64,000 nt of DNA from an uncultured Acidobacteriota bacterium (lineage in GTDB: Bacteria > Acidobacteriota > Terriglobia > Acidiferrales > UBA7541), in contig CAWFVW010000005.1 in assembly GCA_963819395.1 (NCBI GenBank), forward strand, positions 1,461-65,460. The letters are read 5' to 3'. This document shows positions 9,873 to 20,445 of this stretch, one piece after another (position 1 is the stretch's first letter; every line of letters starts with the position of its first letter). Under the pieces are notes generated by a model that made no database searches, had not been told where the DNA came from, and was given only the letters and a program-made list of their open reading frames with translations. The translations under genes and the position numbers were made by a program.

Positions 9873-10865
9873 TCACGCCCGTTGCACGAGCGCCATCATT
9901 TCGGGTGTGTAACGTTCTCCGACGACAGGAATCTGCGCGAGGCGCTCCGCAATTTTTTTTCGGTCGGTTTCGGTCAGCTTTACCTGGAGCGCGCCCATGT
10001 TGTCCTCCAGATAGCGCACTCGTTTTGTCCCGGGGATGGGGACCATGTCTTCGCCTTGGGCGAGCACCCAGGCCAGCGCCAGTTGCGCGGGCGTCGCACC
10101 TTTTTCAGCTGCCAATTCCTTGACCACGGGAACCAGCTTGAGATTTTCCCGCAGCGCTTTTTCTCCGAAACGCGGATTCGTCCTCCGCCAGTCGCTCGGG
10201 TCGAGGTCTTCGAGTTTTTGAATCGCGCCGGTCAGGAAGCCCCGCCCGAGTGGACTGTACGGGATGAAAGTAATGCCCAACTCGCGGCAAGTTGCCAGCA
10301 CGCCGTTCGCTTCTACATCGCGCGACCAGAGCGAGTACTCGCTTTGCAGAGCGGCGATCGGGTGGACCTTCGCGGCGCGCCGAATTGTATCGGGGCCGGC
10401 TTCCGACAGTCCGATCATGCGGACTTTTCCGGCCGAAACAAGCCCGGCCATTGCGCCAACCGTTTCCTCGATCGGAACTTTCGGATCCACGCGATGCTGG
10501 TAGTAGAGATCGATCGTCTCGATGCCCAGCCGCTGGAGGCTCGCGTCGCAAGCGCGGCGGACATTTTCGGGCGAGCTGTCGACGCTCCGGCTTCCGCCGG
10601 GGCCGATCCGAAAGCCAAACTTGGTCGCGACGACGACGCTGTCGCGCGGAACTTCCCGCAGGAAACGTCCAAGCAATTCTTCATTCTTGTACGGACCGTA
10701 AATTTCGGCCGTGTCCAGGAAGTTGCCGCCAAGATCCAGATACCGGCGAAGAACTCGAAGCGATTCCTCGTCATCCCCCGGCCCATAGGCAAAGGACATT
10801 CCCATGCATCCAAGCCCGAGCGCGGAAACCTGCGTTCCATTCTTTCCCAGTTTTCGGTATTCCAT
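9873..10865 (-). CDS. aldo/keto reductase family oxidoreductase
   Basis: [28 protein letters not shown]...[17 protein letters not shown] is a classic AKR N-terminus. 330 aa. Confidence 0.9.
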   Translation of the reverse strand: MEYRKLGKNGTQVSALGLGCMGMSFAYGPGDDEESLRVLRRYLDLGGNFLDTAEIYGPYKNEELLGRFLREVPRDSVVVATKFGFRIGPGGSRSVDSSPENVRRACDASLQRLGIETIDLYYQHRVDPKVPIEETVGAMAGLVSAGKVRMIGLSEAGPDTIRRAAKVHPIAALQSEYSLWSRDVEANGVLATCRELGITFIPYSPLGRGFLTGAIQKLEDLDPSDWRRTNPRFGEKALRENLKLVPVVKELAAEKGATPAQLALAWVLAQGEDMVPIPGTKRVRYLEDNMGALQVKLTETDRKKIAERLAQIPVVGERYTPEMMALVQRA

Positions 10866-11049
10866 ATGCCCTCCCCGTTGTGGGTTCCCTTGTAGGATGT
10901 AGCGAGGTCAATGAATGTTACGGCGAATAGGCAAAAAAGGGGAAGAGCAATCATAGTTTTATATAGCCCGAAAGGGGAAGACGTGATAACTAGAGTCCTT
11001 CGAGCATTTTGCAATAGGGGAAATCGAAAAAGTGAACGGGGGATGAGCA

Positions 11050-12168
11050 ATGAATCCTTGGGAAACGATTCTTCGGAACGGCGCCGCTCGCCATGGGCGA
11101 CAATCGCGCGGCCAGTATCCTTCGCGGAGAGAAATCCTTGGCGTGCTATCGGCGGTCGGCGCGGGGATGGCGCTGGCTCCGCTCACGTTTGGCCAGGCCA
11201 TGAACGCAGGTCCGCGCATCATCGATATGCACCATCATTTTTATCCGCCGAAATATACTGCTGAACTCATAAAAAGATTTACCGAGTCAGACGGCCAGAG
11301 AGCGCTGCGCACGAATTGGAATCCCAAATATTCTCTTGACCAGATGGACCAGTGCGGCGTGGCCACCGCCATCGGTTCGCTCACGAGCCCCGGAGTATGG
11401 ATTGGGAATAACGAAGAGGGCCGCGCGTGGGCTCGCCAATCGAATGAGTACGGCGCCCAGCTGATCAAGGATTATCCCGGCCGTTTTGGCATGTGGGCCG
11501 CGATTCCGCTGCCGGACATCGACGGAAGCCTGCGCGAAATCGACTACGCGCTGGATACATTGAAGCTTGACGGCATCGGCCTGCTAACCAGCTACGAAAA
11601 TGGAAAGTTGCTCGGCGATCCGAAATACGCTCCGGTGATGGAGGAGCTCAATCGCCGCAAGGCCGTCGTTTTCGTTCATCCGACAGCGACGTGCTGCTCG
11701 GACCCCATTCCTCCGCTCAACGAATCCGTGATCGAGTTTCCAACCGACACGACCCGCACCATCACGAGCCTGATCTATCGCGGCACTTTTGCCCGCTGCC
11801 CGAATATTCGGTTCATTTTTTCCCACGGCGGCGGCACCCTGCCTTTCATCCTTACCCGCATTTCCGGACCCGCGAACAGAATGACGCCGGAACAACGCGC
11901 CGCGATTATTCCCAACGGCTTTGAGGGCGAATTGCAGCGCCAGTATTATGACATCGCCAGTGTCGCCACCAATCCGCCCGGCATGGCGGCTGTCTTGAAA
12001 CTTTTCTCGACGAGCCACCTCGTGTTCGGGTCGGATCTTCCTTACTGGACGGTGGCATCCATCGTCGATGGACTGAACGGCTTGGGACTCCCCGTGCAGG
12101 ACCTTCGCGCCATCCAGCGAGAAAATGCGCTTACGCTTCTGCCGCGATTGAAAATGTCCAAAGCGTAG
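11050..12168 (+). CDS. amidohydrolase-2 family metal-dependent hydrolase with Tat signal peptide
   Basis: Tat motif SRREILGVLSAVGAGMALA, then IIDMHHHFYPP and FVHP...FSHGGG, typical of the PF04909 ACMSD-like family. Confidence 0.75.
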   Translation: MNPWETILRNGAARHGRQSRGQYPSRREILGVLSAVGAGMALAPLTFGQAMNAGPRIIDMHHHFYPPKYTAELIKRFTESDGQRALRTNWNPKYSLDQMDQCGVATAIGSLTSPGVWIGNNEEGRAWARQSNEYGAQLIKDYPGRFGMWAAIPLPDIDGSLREIDYALDTLKLDGIGLLTSYENGKLLGDPKYAPVMEELNRRKAVVFVHPTATCCSDPIPPLNESVIEFPTDTTRTITSLIYRGTFARCPNIRFIFSHGGGTLPFILTRISGPANRMTPEQRAAIIPNGFEGELQRQYYDIASVATNPPGMAAVLKLFSTSHLVFGSDLPYWTVASIVDGLNGLGLPVQDLRAIQRENALTLLPRLKMSKA

Positions 12169-12224
12169 TGAGTCTTTGCGGCGACTTAAGCTTTCCGGAT
12201 TAAGGCGAGCGAATTTGATTCAAA

Positions 12225-12258
12225 CACATGCCCGCCTGAAGACGGGCACTACAAAATG
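12225..12258 (+). terminator. hairpin (GCCCGCC-tgaa-GACGGGC type) downstream of the amidohydrolase gene; member of a 2-copy motif
   Basis: ATGCCCGCCTGAAGACGGGCACTACAAAATG. Near-identical to ATGCCCGCCTGAAGGCGGGCGCTACACCAAT at 26885-26918. Confidence 0.4.
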
Positions 12259-12399
12259 TGTCACCCGAGTGTTAACAACTTCGCCATTCGCCCCGAGTCT
12301 TTGCGTTGCTCCGACGATGGATTCACGCCATAATTTTTTGGCAAGGCAGCCCCCCAGGTCTCCCGCCTAACCGGAGGCGCCTTCCAACACAACTAGCTG

Positions 12400-15067
12400 A
12401 TGAACAAAGACTTCACGCCGCGCGCGGATGCTCCGGCCGAATCCGCTTCGTCGCCTTTGGAACGCGACCAACTGAGCCGCCGGGAACGCGGAGTTTGGCG
12501 CGCCGCCCTCCTGCTTCTTGGCGCTCTGGCGTTGGCCTTCGCCGCTACTTCCTGGCAATCCATCCGAGCCATGCCGCACCACCTCGAAGCGCTGCCTGTG
12601 GGACTGGTGGTCCTGGTGTTCCTTGTTCGTCGCCTATGCGTGGGGTAAAACCAATGAAATCGCGGAGTTGCGGGGACTGGTCCGCGGCATTGAGCAGCGC
12701 ACAAATGCGGAGCACGATACCAATCAGCTCGATCAACTCTTTTCCCTGATCTCCAGAGTCACAACAAGGCTATCGCGACCTGATCGATACTTTCGAAGAC
12801 CTCTTATTTTCCGTTTCGAATGACGGCAAGATCCTCACCGTCAACCGGAGTTTCGCCGACCTCCTCAACGTTTCCTTTGCCGATGTCGTTGGCCGCTCGC
12901 TGGACGAGTTCTTTGACCTTCCCGAGAGCCAGCGACCGTGTAGCCTTGGAGCATTGGCTTCCGCGCTTCATGCAGCGGCGGCGCTGGACCGGCGTGGTTC
13001 GCGCGCGCGTGAAGAAGACAGGAGCGCTGCGCTATTTTGATTGCGTGCTGCACGCCATCGTCCGGGACGACGTTGTCCATGGAATCAGCGGCTTTGCGCG
13101 CGACGTGACCAAGGAACGCGAAAGCGAAACCCGCTTCACCGAATTGTTCCAGACCTTGCGCGAAGGTGTCTATCTCGCCTCCGCCGACGACCGGATTACC
13201 GAAGTCAATCCCGCTCTGGCGCAAATGCTCGGATATGAAAATAAAGAAGATCTGCTCAATCGCGAAATCGCATCCCTCTACCTCAAGCCCGAAGACCGCG
13301 CGGAAGAACAGGACCGGCTCGCTGAATTGGGGTTCTTGCGCGCCCATGAAGTCACCCTGAAGCACAGCCAGGACGGGCATAACGTTGTTGCCGTCCACAC
13401 GACTGCGGCCATCCGCGATCCGGCCGGCAAATTTGTGCGATACCAGGGCACTTTTGTTGATGTCACCGAGCAGCGCGAAATGGAGCGCCGCCTCCACCGC
13501 GAACAGGAATTCGCCGGCCGCCTGATGGACAGCTTCCCTGACCTGGTCATCGCCCTCGATACCGATGGACGATACACGTTTGTCAGCCCGCAGATTTTCG
13601 AAATTCTCGGTTTCCGCCCCGAGGAATTGATCGGGAAAAGAATGGGCGGCCGCACGGATCCGGCGGACCGGATCGCGATGCTCGAGATGTTCGACGATTT
13701 GATTTTCAATCGGCTCTCCGAAGGCCAGATCGAATACCGCACGCAGAACAAGAACGGCGCGTGGCGCGTATTCCGCGCCTCCGCGCGGCCCCTTGCATGA
13801 CGAGACGGGGCGCATCAACGGCGTGATTGCTTCCGCGCGCGACATTACTGAACAGCAGCGGCTCCAGCAGCAGCTCATTCAGTCCGAGCGGCTCGCGGCC
13901 ATGGGCCAGATGATCGCCGGCGTGGCTCATGAACTGAACAATCCGCTCACCGCCATTCTGGGCGTCACCGAATTGCTGCGCGACCAGACTACCGATGAAA
14001 CCGCGTGCCGCCAGCTGGACCTCGCGCATCGCCAGGCGCGCCGCGCCGCGCACATCGTGCAAAGCCTCCTCGTTTTCTCGCGCCCTTCGACGCCGCGCAG
14101 CACGCTGCTTCACTTGCCGGACTTGCTGCAGCGCACGCTGCAGCTGCACGAACATTCCCTGCGCGCGAATCATATTCATGTGGACCTGGCTGCGCGGCCC
14201 GATCTCCCCACCGTCCTGGGGGATTCCAATCAGCTCACGCAGGTATTCCTGAACCTCATCGTGAATGCCGAGCAGGCCATCCACGAAGTGCGCGAACGCG
14301 GCACACTGCGGATTCGTCTGGGCGTTGTCGGCGAGCGCGTGCTGATCACTTTCCAGGACGATGGCGTGGGCATCCGCCGCGAATTCTTGCCGCGCATTTT
14401 CGATCCCTTCTTCACCACAAAGCGCCCCGGCCGCGGCACCGGGCTCGGCCTCAGCATCTGCATGGCGATTATTCGCGAGCACAACGGAGATATTTCCGCG
14501 CAGCCGCTGCCCGATGGCGGCTCCGTTTTCACTGTCTCCCTGCCGGTCTGCACGGAGTCCGTCGCGATGATCGAACCCGCCGCGCCTCCGGTGAGCGTTG
14601 CCCGCAAGGAATCCTCCGTGGCGCCGGCCGGACAGCTCGCGCGGAGGAAGATCCTGGTTGTCGACGACGAGGAAAGCATCCTGGAACTGGTGACCGATAC
14701 CCTCGGCGCCCGCGGGTGCCTGGTGGACCGCGCCGCTTCTTCCGAACAAGCGCTGGACCTTGCGAATCGAAATTCCTATGACGTGATTCTGTGCGATTTG
14801 AATCTCGAGTCCAGCTCCGGAGACGTGGTCTCCGGATTCGATCTTCACGATCGCATTCAGGAAAACCTGGCGGCCCGCTCCGGCCCCCGTCCGATTTTCA
14901 TCTTCATGACCGGCGACCTGGTTGACGCAGCCGTCGGCGAACAAGCCGGCCGGGAAGGCAACCGCTTCCTCCAGAAACCCTTCCGCATCACCGAATTGTT
15001 GTCCCTGCTGAACGATTTGCCTGCACCCGCTGCAGTCTCCCAGCGGCTGGGCGATGACATCAATTAA
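12400..15067 (+). pseudogene. membrane-anchored hybrid sensor histidine kinase (TM-PAS-PAS-HisKA-HATPase-REC) interrupted by four +1 frame changes; pseudogene or indel errors
   Basis: Reading frame changes by +1 at about 12625, 12755 and 12945, and in the CCCC run at 13789-13792. Reconstruction: TM helices (VWRAALLLLGALALAF; LPVGLVVLVFL), then PAS (QQGYRDLIDTFEDLLFSVSNDGKILTVNRSF...), a second PAS, HisKA (ERLAAMGQMIAGVAHELNNPL), HATPase (GTGLGLSI) and a C-terminal REC (KILVVDDEESILEL...). The largest intact ORFs are 12820-13800 and 13793-15067. Confidence 0.6.
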
Positions 15068-15124
15068 ACAGTTCTCCCTCAGGCGCAACTGACTCCCGTG
15101 GGTTGAGAAGTCGAAAGTGTGATG

Positions 15125-15388
15125 TTATATGACGTGGGGTTTCGCGGGAGGTTGTGCAATCATCGCGTCCCAGGAGGCCATTGCGCAGTGGAATGCGCAT
15201 ATAAGGGCTTTGCGCGAGGCTCCTTCGCGGGCTTGAAGCGCGACGCCTCCCACTGCGGCAGTATAGAACGAGGCGAAGGCGCTGAAATCGAGGCTTGAGG
15301 GTAGTTCGCCTTCTGCGATGCCGCGATCGAGGCGCCGCCGTATGGCCACTCGCAGGCGCGCTCGGCGCGTGCCATGATTCTGGAACAC
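15125..15388 (-). pseudogene. TetR-family regulator remnant (C-terminal ligand-binding domain only)
   Basis: The 87-aa ORF resembles a TetR C-terminal domain. Only 55 bp separate it from the divergent DinB gene, leaving no room for an N-terminal HTH. Confidence 0.4.
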
Positions 15389-15443
15389 TCGCTACGGAAA
15401 TGTAGCCCATCCCGGGACCGCCGTCCACGAAGAGAGGACTATC

Positions 15444-15989
15444 ATGCAGCAGAATCTGGAACACACCATTGCCATGCTCATGCGGACTCCCGCCGCTCTT
15501 GATGGGCTCCTGCGCGGTCTGCCGGAAGCGTGGACAATGCAAAATGAAGGTGAAAAGACGATGAGTGCGTTCGACGTCGTCGGCCATCTGATTCACGCCG
15601 ACCGCACCAACTGGATGCCGCGGGCCAAATGGATCCTGCAATTCGGCGAGGCCCGCCCGTTTGAACCTTTCTCCCGCTGGGGCCACCTGCGGGAAGTGAA
15701 GGGGAAATCGCTGGAAGAGTTACTCGACGAATTTGCCCGCGAACGCGCGGAAAGCCTGCGCGAGCTGCGCGCCCTGAACCTTCAGCCCGCGGACCTGGAC
15801 CGTCGCGGCGGCCATCCCGCGCTCGGAGTCGCGACTTTGTCCGAACTGCTGGCGGCCTGGGCGGTTCATGACCTGACTCATTTGCACCAGATCTCCCGAG
15901 TCATGGCCCATCAATACCGCGAAGCCGTCGGGCCCTGGAACATATATCTCGGCGTGCTGAAGTGCGATGGCCACAGCTCCCCGCGATGA
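15444..15989 (+). CDS. DinB/YfiT-like (DinB_2) metal-dependent hydrolase family protein
   Basis: 181 aa with a His-containing four-helix pattern: DVVGHLIHADRTNWMPR...LAAWAVHDLTHLHQI. Confidence 0.7.
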   Translation: MQQNLEHTIAMLMRTPAALDGLLRGLPEAWTMQNEGEKTMSAFDVVGHLIHADRTNWMPRAKWILQFGEARPFEPFSRWGHLREVKGKSLEELLDEFARERAESLRELRALNLQPADLDRRGGHPALGVATLSELLAAWAVHDLTHLHQISRVMAHQYREAVGPWNIYLGVLKCDGHSSPR

Positions 15990-16031
15990 ACACCGCGGAT
16001 ATTGCCGAACGCTCTCTTCAGCTTTGTCCGA

Positions 16032-16961
16032 TTATTTTTTATTCGATTTTGGCAGGTCGATTCCGAAATCCCACACGTAGCCGTTGATGCCCTCATCGGT
16101 CATTTCGACGAAGGCGTATTCGCCGGGCTCGAGGCGCTGGTCCATGGTGTAGCGGAAGACTCCCGAGGCGGGGGTCCACGTCTGAATCTCGATTTCGGTG
16201 GCTTTGTGTTTCTCCTCGCCTGTGAAGTGGACGCTGATGTCGTCCAGGACGCGGTGGCCTCCCTTGACTTGCGCGCGCAGCAGACGGAATCGCGGCTCGC
16301 GCGAATCGGCGGGACGCATGAAGAATTCGGGCTCGGCCGTGGCCAGGCGCATCGCGGCGCGCTCGCCGGGAATTTCCATCGTTTTCTTGTCGGGGATCAG
16401 CGCCACTCCGCTCATGATTTTTTCGACTTCCCGACCCGTCGACATCTTCACTTCCGCCGTGCTCTGTTTCATCTCTCGAATAAGCTTGTCGCGGTCAAGG
16501 GCGTAGACGCCGATGGCGTCAGGCAGAAACAGTCCCGGCTTGATTTCCAGGCTGCGATCGACGTCGATGTCCTTGGTGCGCATGGCCAGATCGGAAGCGT
16601 GGATTTTCGCTTTCAGTTCCGTATCATGGGAGGCCTGTTCGGCTTCGGATTTATGGGTGGCGTCCCAGTCCACCAGAGCCGCGGGAATTTCCTCCCACTG
16701 CGAGCGCTCGACACTCCAATAGCGCACCCGGTCGCCTTCCACCGTATACTCGCGCGCCAATTGGAACGTCCCATCCGTAAGGAACAGCTTTTTTCCTTTG
16801 GGGAGGGCGGCGGGGATCTGGTTCGGTCCCGCAGGGGCTTTGGTGTCCGTGTCCTGCTGCGCGGCCAAGGGAGCGCCTGCAAGAGGACCTGAAAAGCCGG
16901 GCAGCACAGCGAGAAGCGCCGCGAAGGAGATTGCGATTTGAGCCGGGAACTTCATGATCAC
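16032..16961 (-). CDS. exported hypothetical protein (signal peptide)
   Basis: N-terminal signal MIMKFPAQIAISFAALLAVLPGFSGPLAGA, then a 280-aa soluble region without recognisable motifs. Confidence 0.5.
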   Translation of the reverse strand: MIMKFPAQIAISFAALLAVLPGFSGPLAGAPLAAQQDTDTKAPAGPNQIPAALPKGKKLFLTDGTFQLAREYTVEGDRVRYWSVERSQWEEIPAALVDWDATHKSEAEQASHDTELKAKIHASDLAMRTKDIDVDRSLEIKPGLFLPDAIGVYALDRDKLIREMKQSTAEVKMSTGREVEKIMSGVALIPDKKTMEIPGERAAMRLATAEPEFFMRPADSREPRFRLLRAQVKGGHRVLDDISVHFTGEEKHKATEIEIQTWTPASGVFRYTMDQRLEPGEYAFVEMTDEGINGYVWDFGIDLPKSNKK

Positions 16962-17143
16962 CGTGATTTACCCGCCTCCAGGACTGCCTTTCCGATGCCC
17001 GCAGGGTCAAAGAGGTTTTTCGTTACCTTTGAGGATAACGCTCAAGCGTCCCGGGCGCAACGGCGACGAGCGGAGCGTCAGAAGCGGGGCAGCTTTAATT
17101 AAATTCAATTAAATTTCCGTGAAAGAGGTGTGAAAGCGCGTCT

Positions 17144-17362
17144 CTAATGTTCGCAGCGGGGAAACAGTGCGGTGAGGACGCTCAAATCGGTGTTGGAGAA
17201 TAGCAATCGCTCCACCTGCCCTCCGGCGACTCCAGCAGCGCGCGCAATCGTGCCCAGATGTTTGCTCCGCGCCATCGCGCGGAGATGCTCGGTGCAGATT
17301 CCCGTCAGGAGGGAAGTTTCGTCTTCGGTGAAAATCTTTTGATTGGATTTGACGGTGATCAT
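17144..17362 (-). CDS. small hypothetical protein (72 aa), possible HTH-like
   Basis: Short ORF (MITVKSNQKIFTEDETSLLTGICTEHLRAMARSKHLGTIARAAGVAGGQVERLL...) preceded by an AT-rich region. Weak call. Confidence 0.25.
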   Translation of the reverse strand: MITVKSNQKIFTEDETSLLTGICTEHLRAMARSKHLGTIARAAGVAGGQVERLLFSNTDLSVLTALFPRCEH

Positions 17363-17753
17363 TCCGGGCCATCCTTCATTTGCAATCCGACAATTCGGAT
17401 TTATTGAGAATGATTTGATTACACCTGCGCGCTCATTTTCCTAGCAATAATCCTGCCGTTTACGCTGATTCTCCTCTGTAAGCGTAAAAAGATTTGCAAA
17501 CTTCAACAATCAAAAGCTTTAAGGGAAAATAATCGTGGATGCAGAAGCACGGCAGGAACTTGCTCTGAAGCCTCAACCTGAAAAGATGTGTTACTTTTTG
17601 TACTCTCCTATGAAATTTTGTGCACTCTTGGAATTACACCGCGATTCTTGGATTCGGTTCAATTGACAATTTGAATCTCAATTTTGTTGAGCCCATCCCC
17701 CAGCGGCGGACGAGTATCTCCGATCACCGCGCGTGCCCACCCGAAGGTGGGCG

Positions 17754-19199
17754 CTACAACTCGCTCCCGCCCGCTTGCTCAAATGCATGGGCCATCTGCA
17801 ACACCCGCTCTTCGCCGAATGCCGGCCCATAAATTTGCAGGCCGACAGGCAGACCTGCGGAGGTCTTCCCGGAAGGAACTGAAATGCCCGGCACGCCTGC
17901 CAGCGACCCCGTAACCGTATATATATCCGCGAGATACATCTGCAATGGATTGCTGGTTCGCTCGCCGAGGCGAAACGCCGGCACGGGCGAGGTGGGCGTC
18001 ACAATGGCATCCACATTTTCAAACGCTTCTCGAAAATCCCTGGCGATCAGTGCGCGGACCTTCTGCCCCTTCAAGTAATATGCGTCATAGTATCCAGCAG
18101 AAAGAACGTACGTCCCCAGGACGATGCGCCGCTTCACCTCAGCGCCGAAACCGCGCCCGCGCGTCTTTTGATACATCTCGATCAGCGTCGCGCCCGGGAC
18201 ACGCGGGCCATACCGGACTCCGTCAAATCGGGCCAGATTGGAACTCGCCTCGGCGGTGGCGATGATGTAGTACGCCGCGATAGCGTAGTGAGTGTTCGGC
18301 ATGCGGATGGATACGCGCCGGCAACCGAGCCTTTCGAGCAATGCGATTCCCGCCTCGATCTTCTTCCGCACTTCGGGATCGATCCCCTCGCCGAAATAAT
18401 CGTCGGGAATGCCGATGCGCAAACCTTCCAGGGGGCGTCCGAGACCAGCGGCGTAATCAGGGACGGGTACTGAAGCCGAAGTTGAATCGCGCGGGTCCCG
18501 CCCGGCGATAACGGACATCACCGTCGCGGCATCGCGAACCGTCTGCGCGAGCGGGCCAATTCTATCCAGCGACGACGCGTAGGCGATCAGGCCATAGCGT
18601 GAAACCCTGCCGTAACTTGGATTCAACGCCGGGACGCCGCAAAATGATCCGGGTTGCCGAACCGATCCGCCCGTGTCGGTCCCCAGCGCCGCTACGGCAA
18701 GGTTTGCAGCCACCGCCGCTGCCGAGCCTCCGCTCGAGCCTCCCGGTACATAATCAGGCGCGACAGGGTTGCGCACAGGGCCATAGGCGGAGTTTTCGTT
18801 CGAACTCCCCATGGCAAATTCGTCGCAATTCGTTTTTCCGAGGACAATTGCGCCGGCGTGTTCGAGGCGCGTAACCGCTGTCGCGTCGTAAGGCGGCTTG
18901 TAGCCCTGCAGGATTCGCGAGCCGCAAGTGGTGGGAATGCCGCGCGTGCTGATGACGTCTTTCACGGCTACAGGCACGCCTGCCAGCGAAGGGAGCGCGT
19001 CACCCGCGGCGATGGCGGCGTCGATTTTGTCCGCCTGGGCATAGGCGCGCTCGGGTGAGAGGGCCAGAAAAATGTTGAGTTCCGCGTTGCGCTGCTCGAT
19101 GCGCGCGTAGAATTCCTTCACCAGCTCGCGCGCCGAGATTTTCCGGGCATCCAGTGCCGCGCGAACCTCGGGAATCGTCCATGCGGTCGCGGCGCTCAC
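17754..19199 (-). CDS. gatA: Glu-tRNA(Gln)/Asp-tRNA(Asn) amidotransferase subunit A
   Basis: 481 aa with the amidase signature (GGSSGGSAAAVAA...), typical GatA length. Overlaps gatC by 4 bp. Confidence 0.95.
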   Translation of the reverse strand: MSAATAWTIPEVRAALDARKISARELVKEFYARIEQRNAELNIFLALSPERAYAQADKIDAAIAAGDALPSLAGVPVAVKDVISTRGIPTTCGSRILQGYKPPYDATAVTRLEHAGAIVLGKTNCDEFAMGSSNENSAYGPVRNPVAPDYVPGGSSGGSAAAVAANLAVAALGTDTGGSVRQPGSFCGVPALNPSYGRVSRYGLIAYASSLDRIGPLAQTVRDAATVMSVIAGRDPRDSTSASVPVPDYAAGLGRPLEGLRIGIPDDYFGEGIDPEVRKKIEAGIALLERLGCRRVSIRMPNTHYAIAAYYIIATAEASSNLARFDGVRYGPRVPGATLIEMYQKTRGRGFGAEVKRRIVLGTYVLSAGYYDAYYLKGQKVRALIARDFREAFENVDAIVTPTSPVPAFRLGERTSNPLQMYLADIYTVTGSLAGVPGISVPSGKTSAGLPVGLQIYGPAFGEERVLQMAHAFEQAGGSEL

Positions 19200-19495
19200 T
19201 TTTCGATCACCCGGGGGACTCGGAAATAGGGCGCCTCGGGATCGGGCGCGCCCTGGAGCACTTCCGTGATCACGTCGGCGCGGACGACAACGTCTTCGCG
19301 CAGGGCCGAATCATCCGCCGCAGCCGCCACCACCTGCGTCATGGGCTCGACGTCCGAAGTGTCGACCTCATTCAGCTTGTCAATGTAGGTGAGAATGTCG
19401 TCGAGGTGGCCGCGATAGGTATCAACCTCTGCGTCGGACAGCTCCAGGTTTGCCAGAGCCGCCACTTTCAACACATCTTCCCTGCTGATTTTCAT
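19196..19495 (-). CDS. gatC: Glu-tRNA(Gln) amidotransferase subunit C
   Basis: MKISREDVLKVAALANLELSDAEVDTY... is the typical GatC N-terminus. An alternative upstream ATG at 19507 is possible. Confidence 0.85.
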   Translation of the reverse strand: MKISREDVLKVAALANLELSDAEVDTYRGHLDDILTYIDKLNEVDTSDVEPMTQVVAAAADDSALREDVVVRADVITEVLQGAPDPEAPYFRVPRVIEK

Positions 19496-19860
19496 ATCCT
19501 TGCCCAACCCCTCGGATTCAAGTGCAAGATTCTAACATAGGCGGGCCAATGCGCCCTTCCGTCCCCCGTTTCGGCAGGAAATGAATCGAGCGGCCGAATC
19601 TCAAAACTGGCAAGCTATTGATTATAAGATAGTTAGATGTGCTAAGCGAGTTCCAGTACCCTGATACCAAAATTTTTGATGCTGGTCGCCTATCGGCGTT
19701 TTTCCGAGTGTGTGTTTACAATGGCAATGTATTCAGCAGTGCGGAGATTTGGAAAAGCGCACTTGGATGCTGAGGCAAGCAAAAGCTGGAAGGGTTGATC
19801 CAGCCGGCGAATTTTAGAAGCGGCTATTAATCGTTTCCGAGGAACTGAAGAGACCAAACT

Positions 19861-20445
19861 ATGCATTTGATCGCTCCAGGAATCGCAACCAATGTCGCCT
19901 ACGGGACGTGCATGCTTCTTTTCGGCCTGCTGGTTCTATCCGTAAGGAATCGGAAGGCGGCGGCCAGAATTCCCTACACGTTTTATGCTTCGCCCGAGCG
20001 CGACAAAGCCCGGCCCGCGCCAAAGAAACGACCGGCGCAGAATTCGCGGCGCGCGACGATTCCCGCCCAGCAGTCCGCAATCCTTTTGAATGCAGGTCCT
20101 GAGAACGCGCCCCGCGAGTGGGCGAATCCTGTGGCCCCGAAGAGTTCCTTGAATTCATTGGCCGCGCCACCGGAGACTCCGGCCCTGCAAATCTCAGACG
20201 AGGTGAAAATGAATTCTCCATCGTTCCCGTTCGAACATCTTGATCCGATCGTGCTGTCTGAAATTCCCGCTTTTGTCCCTCCGCCCACGGCGTCGGCGAG
20301 CCCGGTATATGGTCCCGCCCTGCCGGCCGCTTACGGGGCCGCTCTGAGAGAGGAGCGCAGCGCGCATGAAATTGCGGTCGCGGATTCCGGGAAGGGATTG
20401 CGGCTCAAGAAGCAGGGAAAGGAGCTGGCCGGTGATACCGGCTGA
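19861..20445 (+). CDS. hypothetical membrane-anchored Pro/Ala-rich protein
   Basis: N-terminal TM (VAYGTCMLLFGLLVLSV), then a low-complexity proline-rich region. The stop overlaps the start of the AAA ATPase gene (GTGATACCGGCTGA). Confidence 0.45.
   Translation: MHLIAPGIATNVAYGTCMLLFGLLVLSVRNRKAAARIPYTFYASPERDKARPAPKKRPAQNSRRATIPAQQSAILLNAGPENAPREWANPVAPKSSLNSLAAPPETPALQISDEVKMNSPSFPFEHLDPIVLSEIPAFVPPPTASASPVYGPALPAAYGAALREERSAHEIAVADSGKGLRLKKQGKELAGDTG

Noticed and set aside
9882-10895. 337-aa ORF antisense to the aldo/keto reductase, plus nested ORFs 10105-10551 and 10292-10930
   Set aside because: High-GC antisense artefacts. The reductase frame has a clear family signature.
13706-15088. 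460-aa minus-strand ORF and other antisense ORFs across the sensor kinase
   Set aside because: Antisense to well-supported HisKA/HATPase/REC coding sequence. Low-complexity translation.
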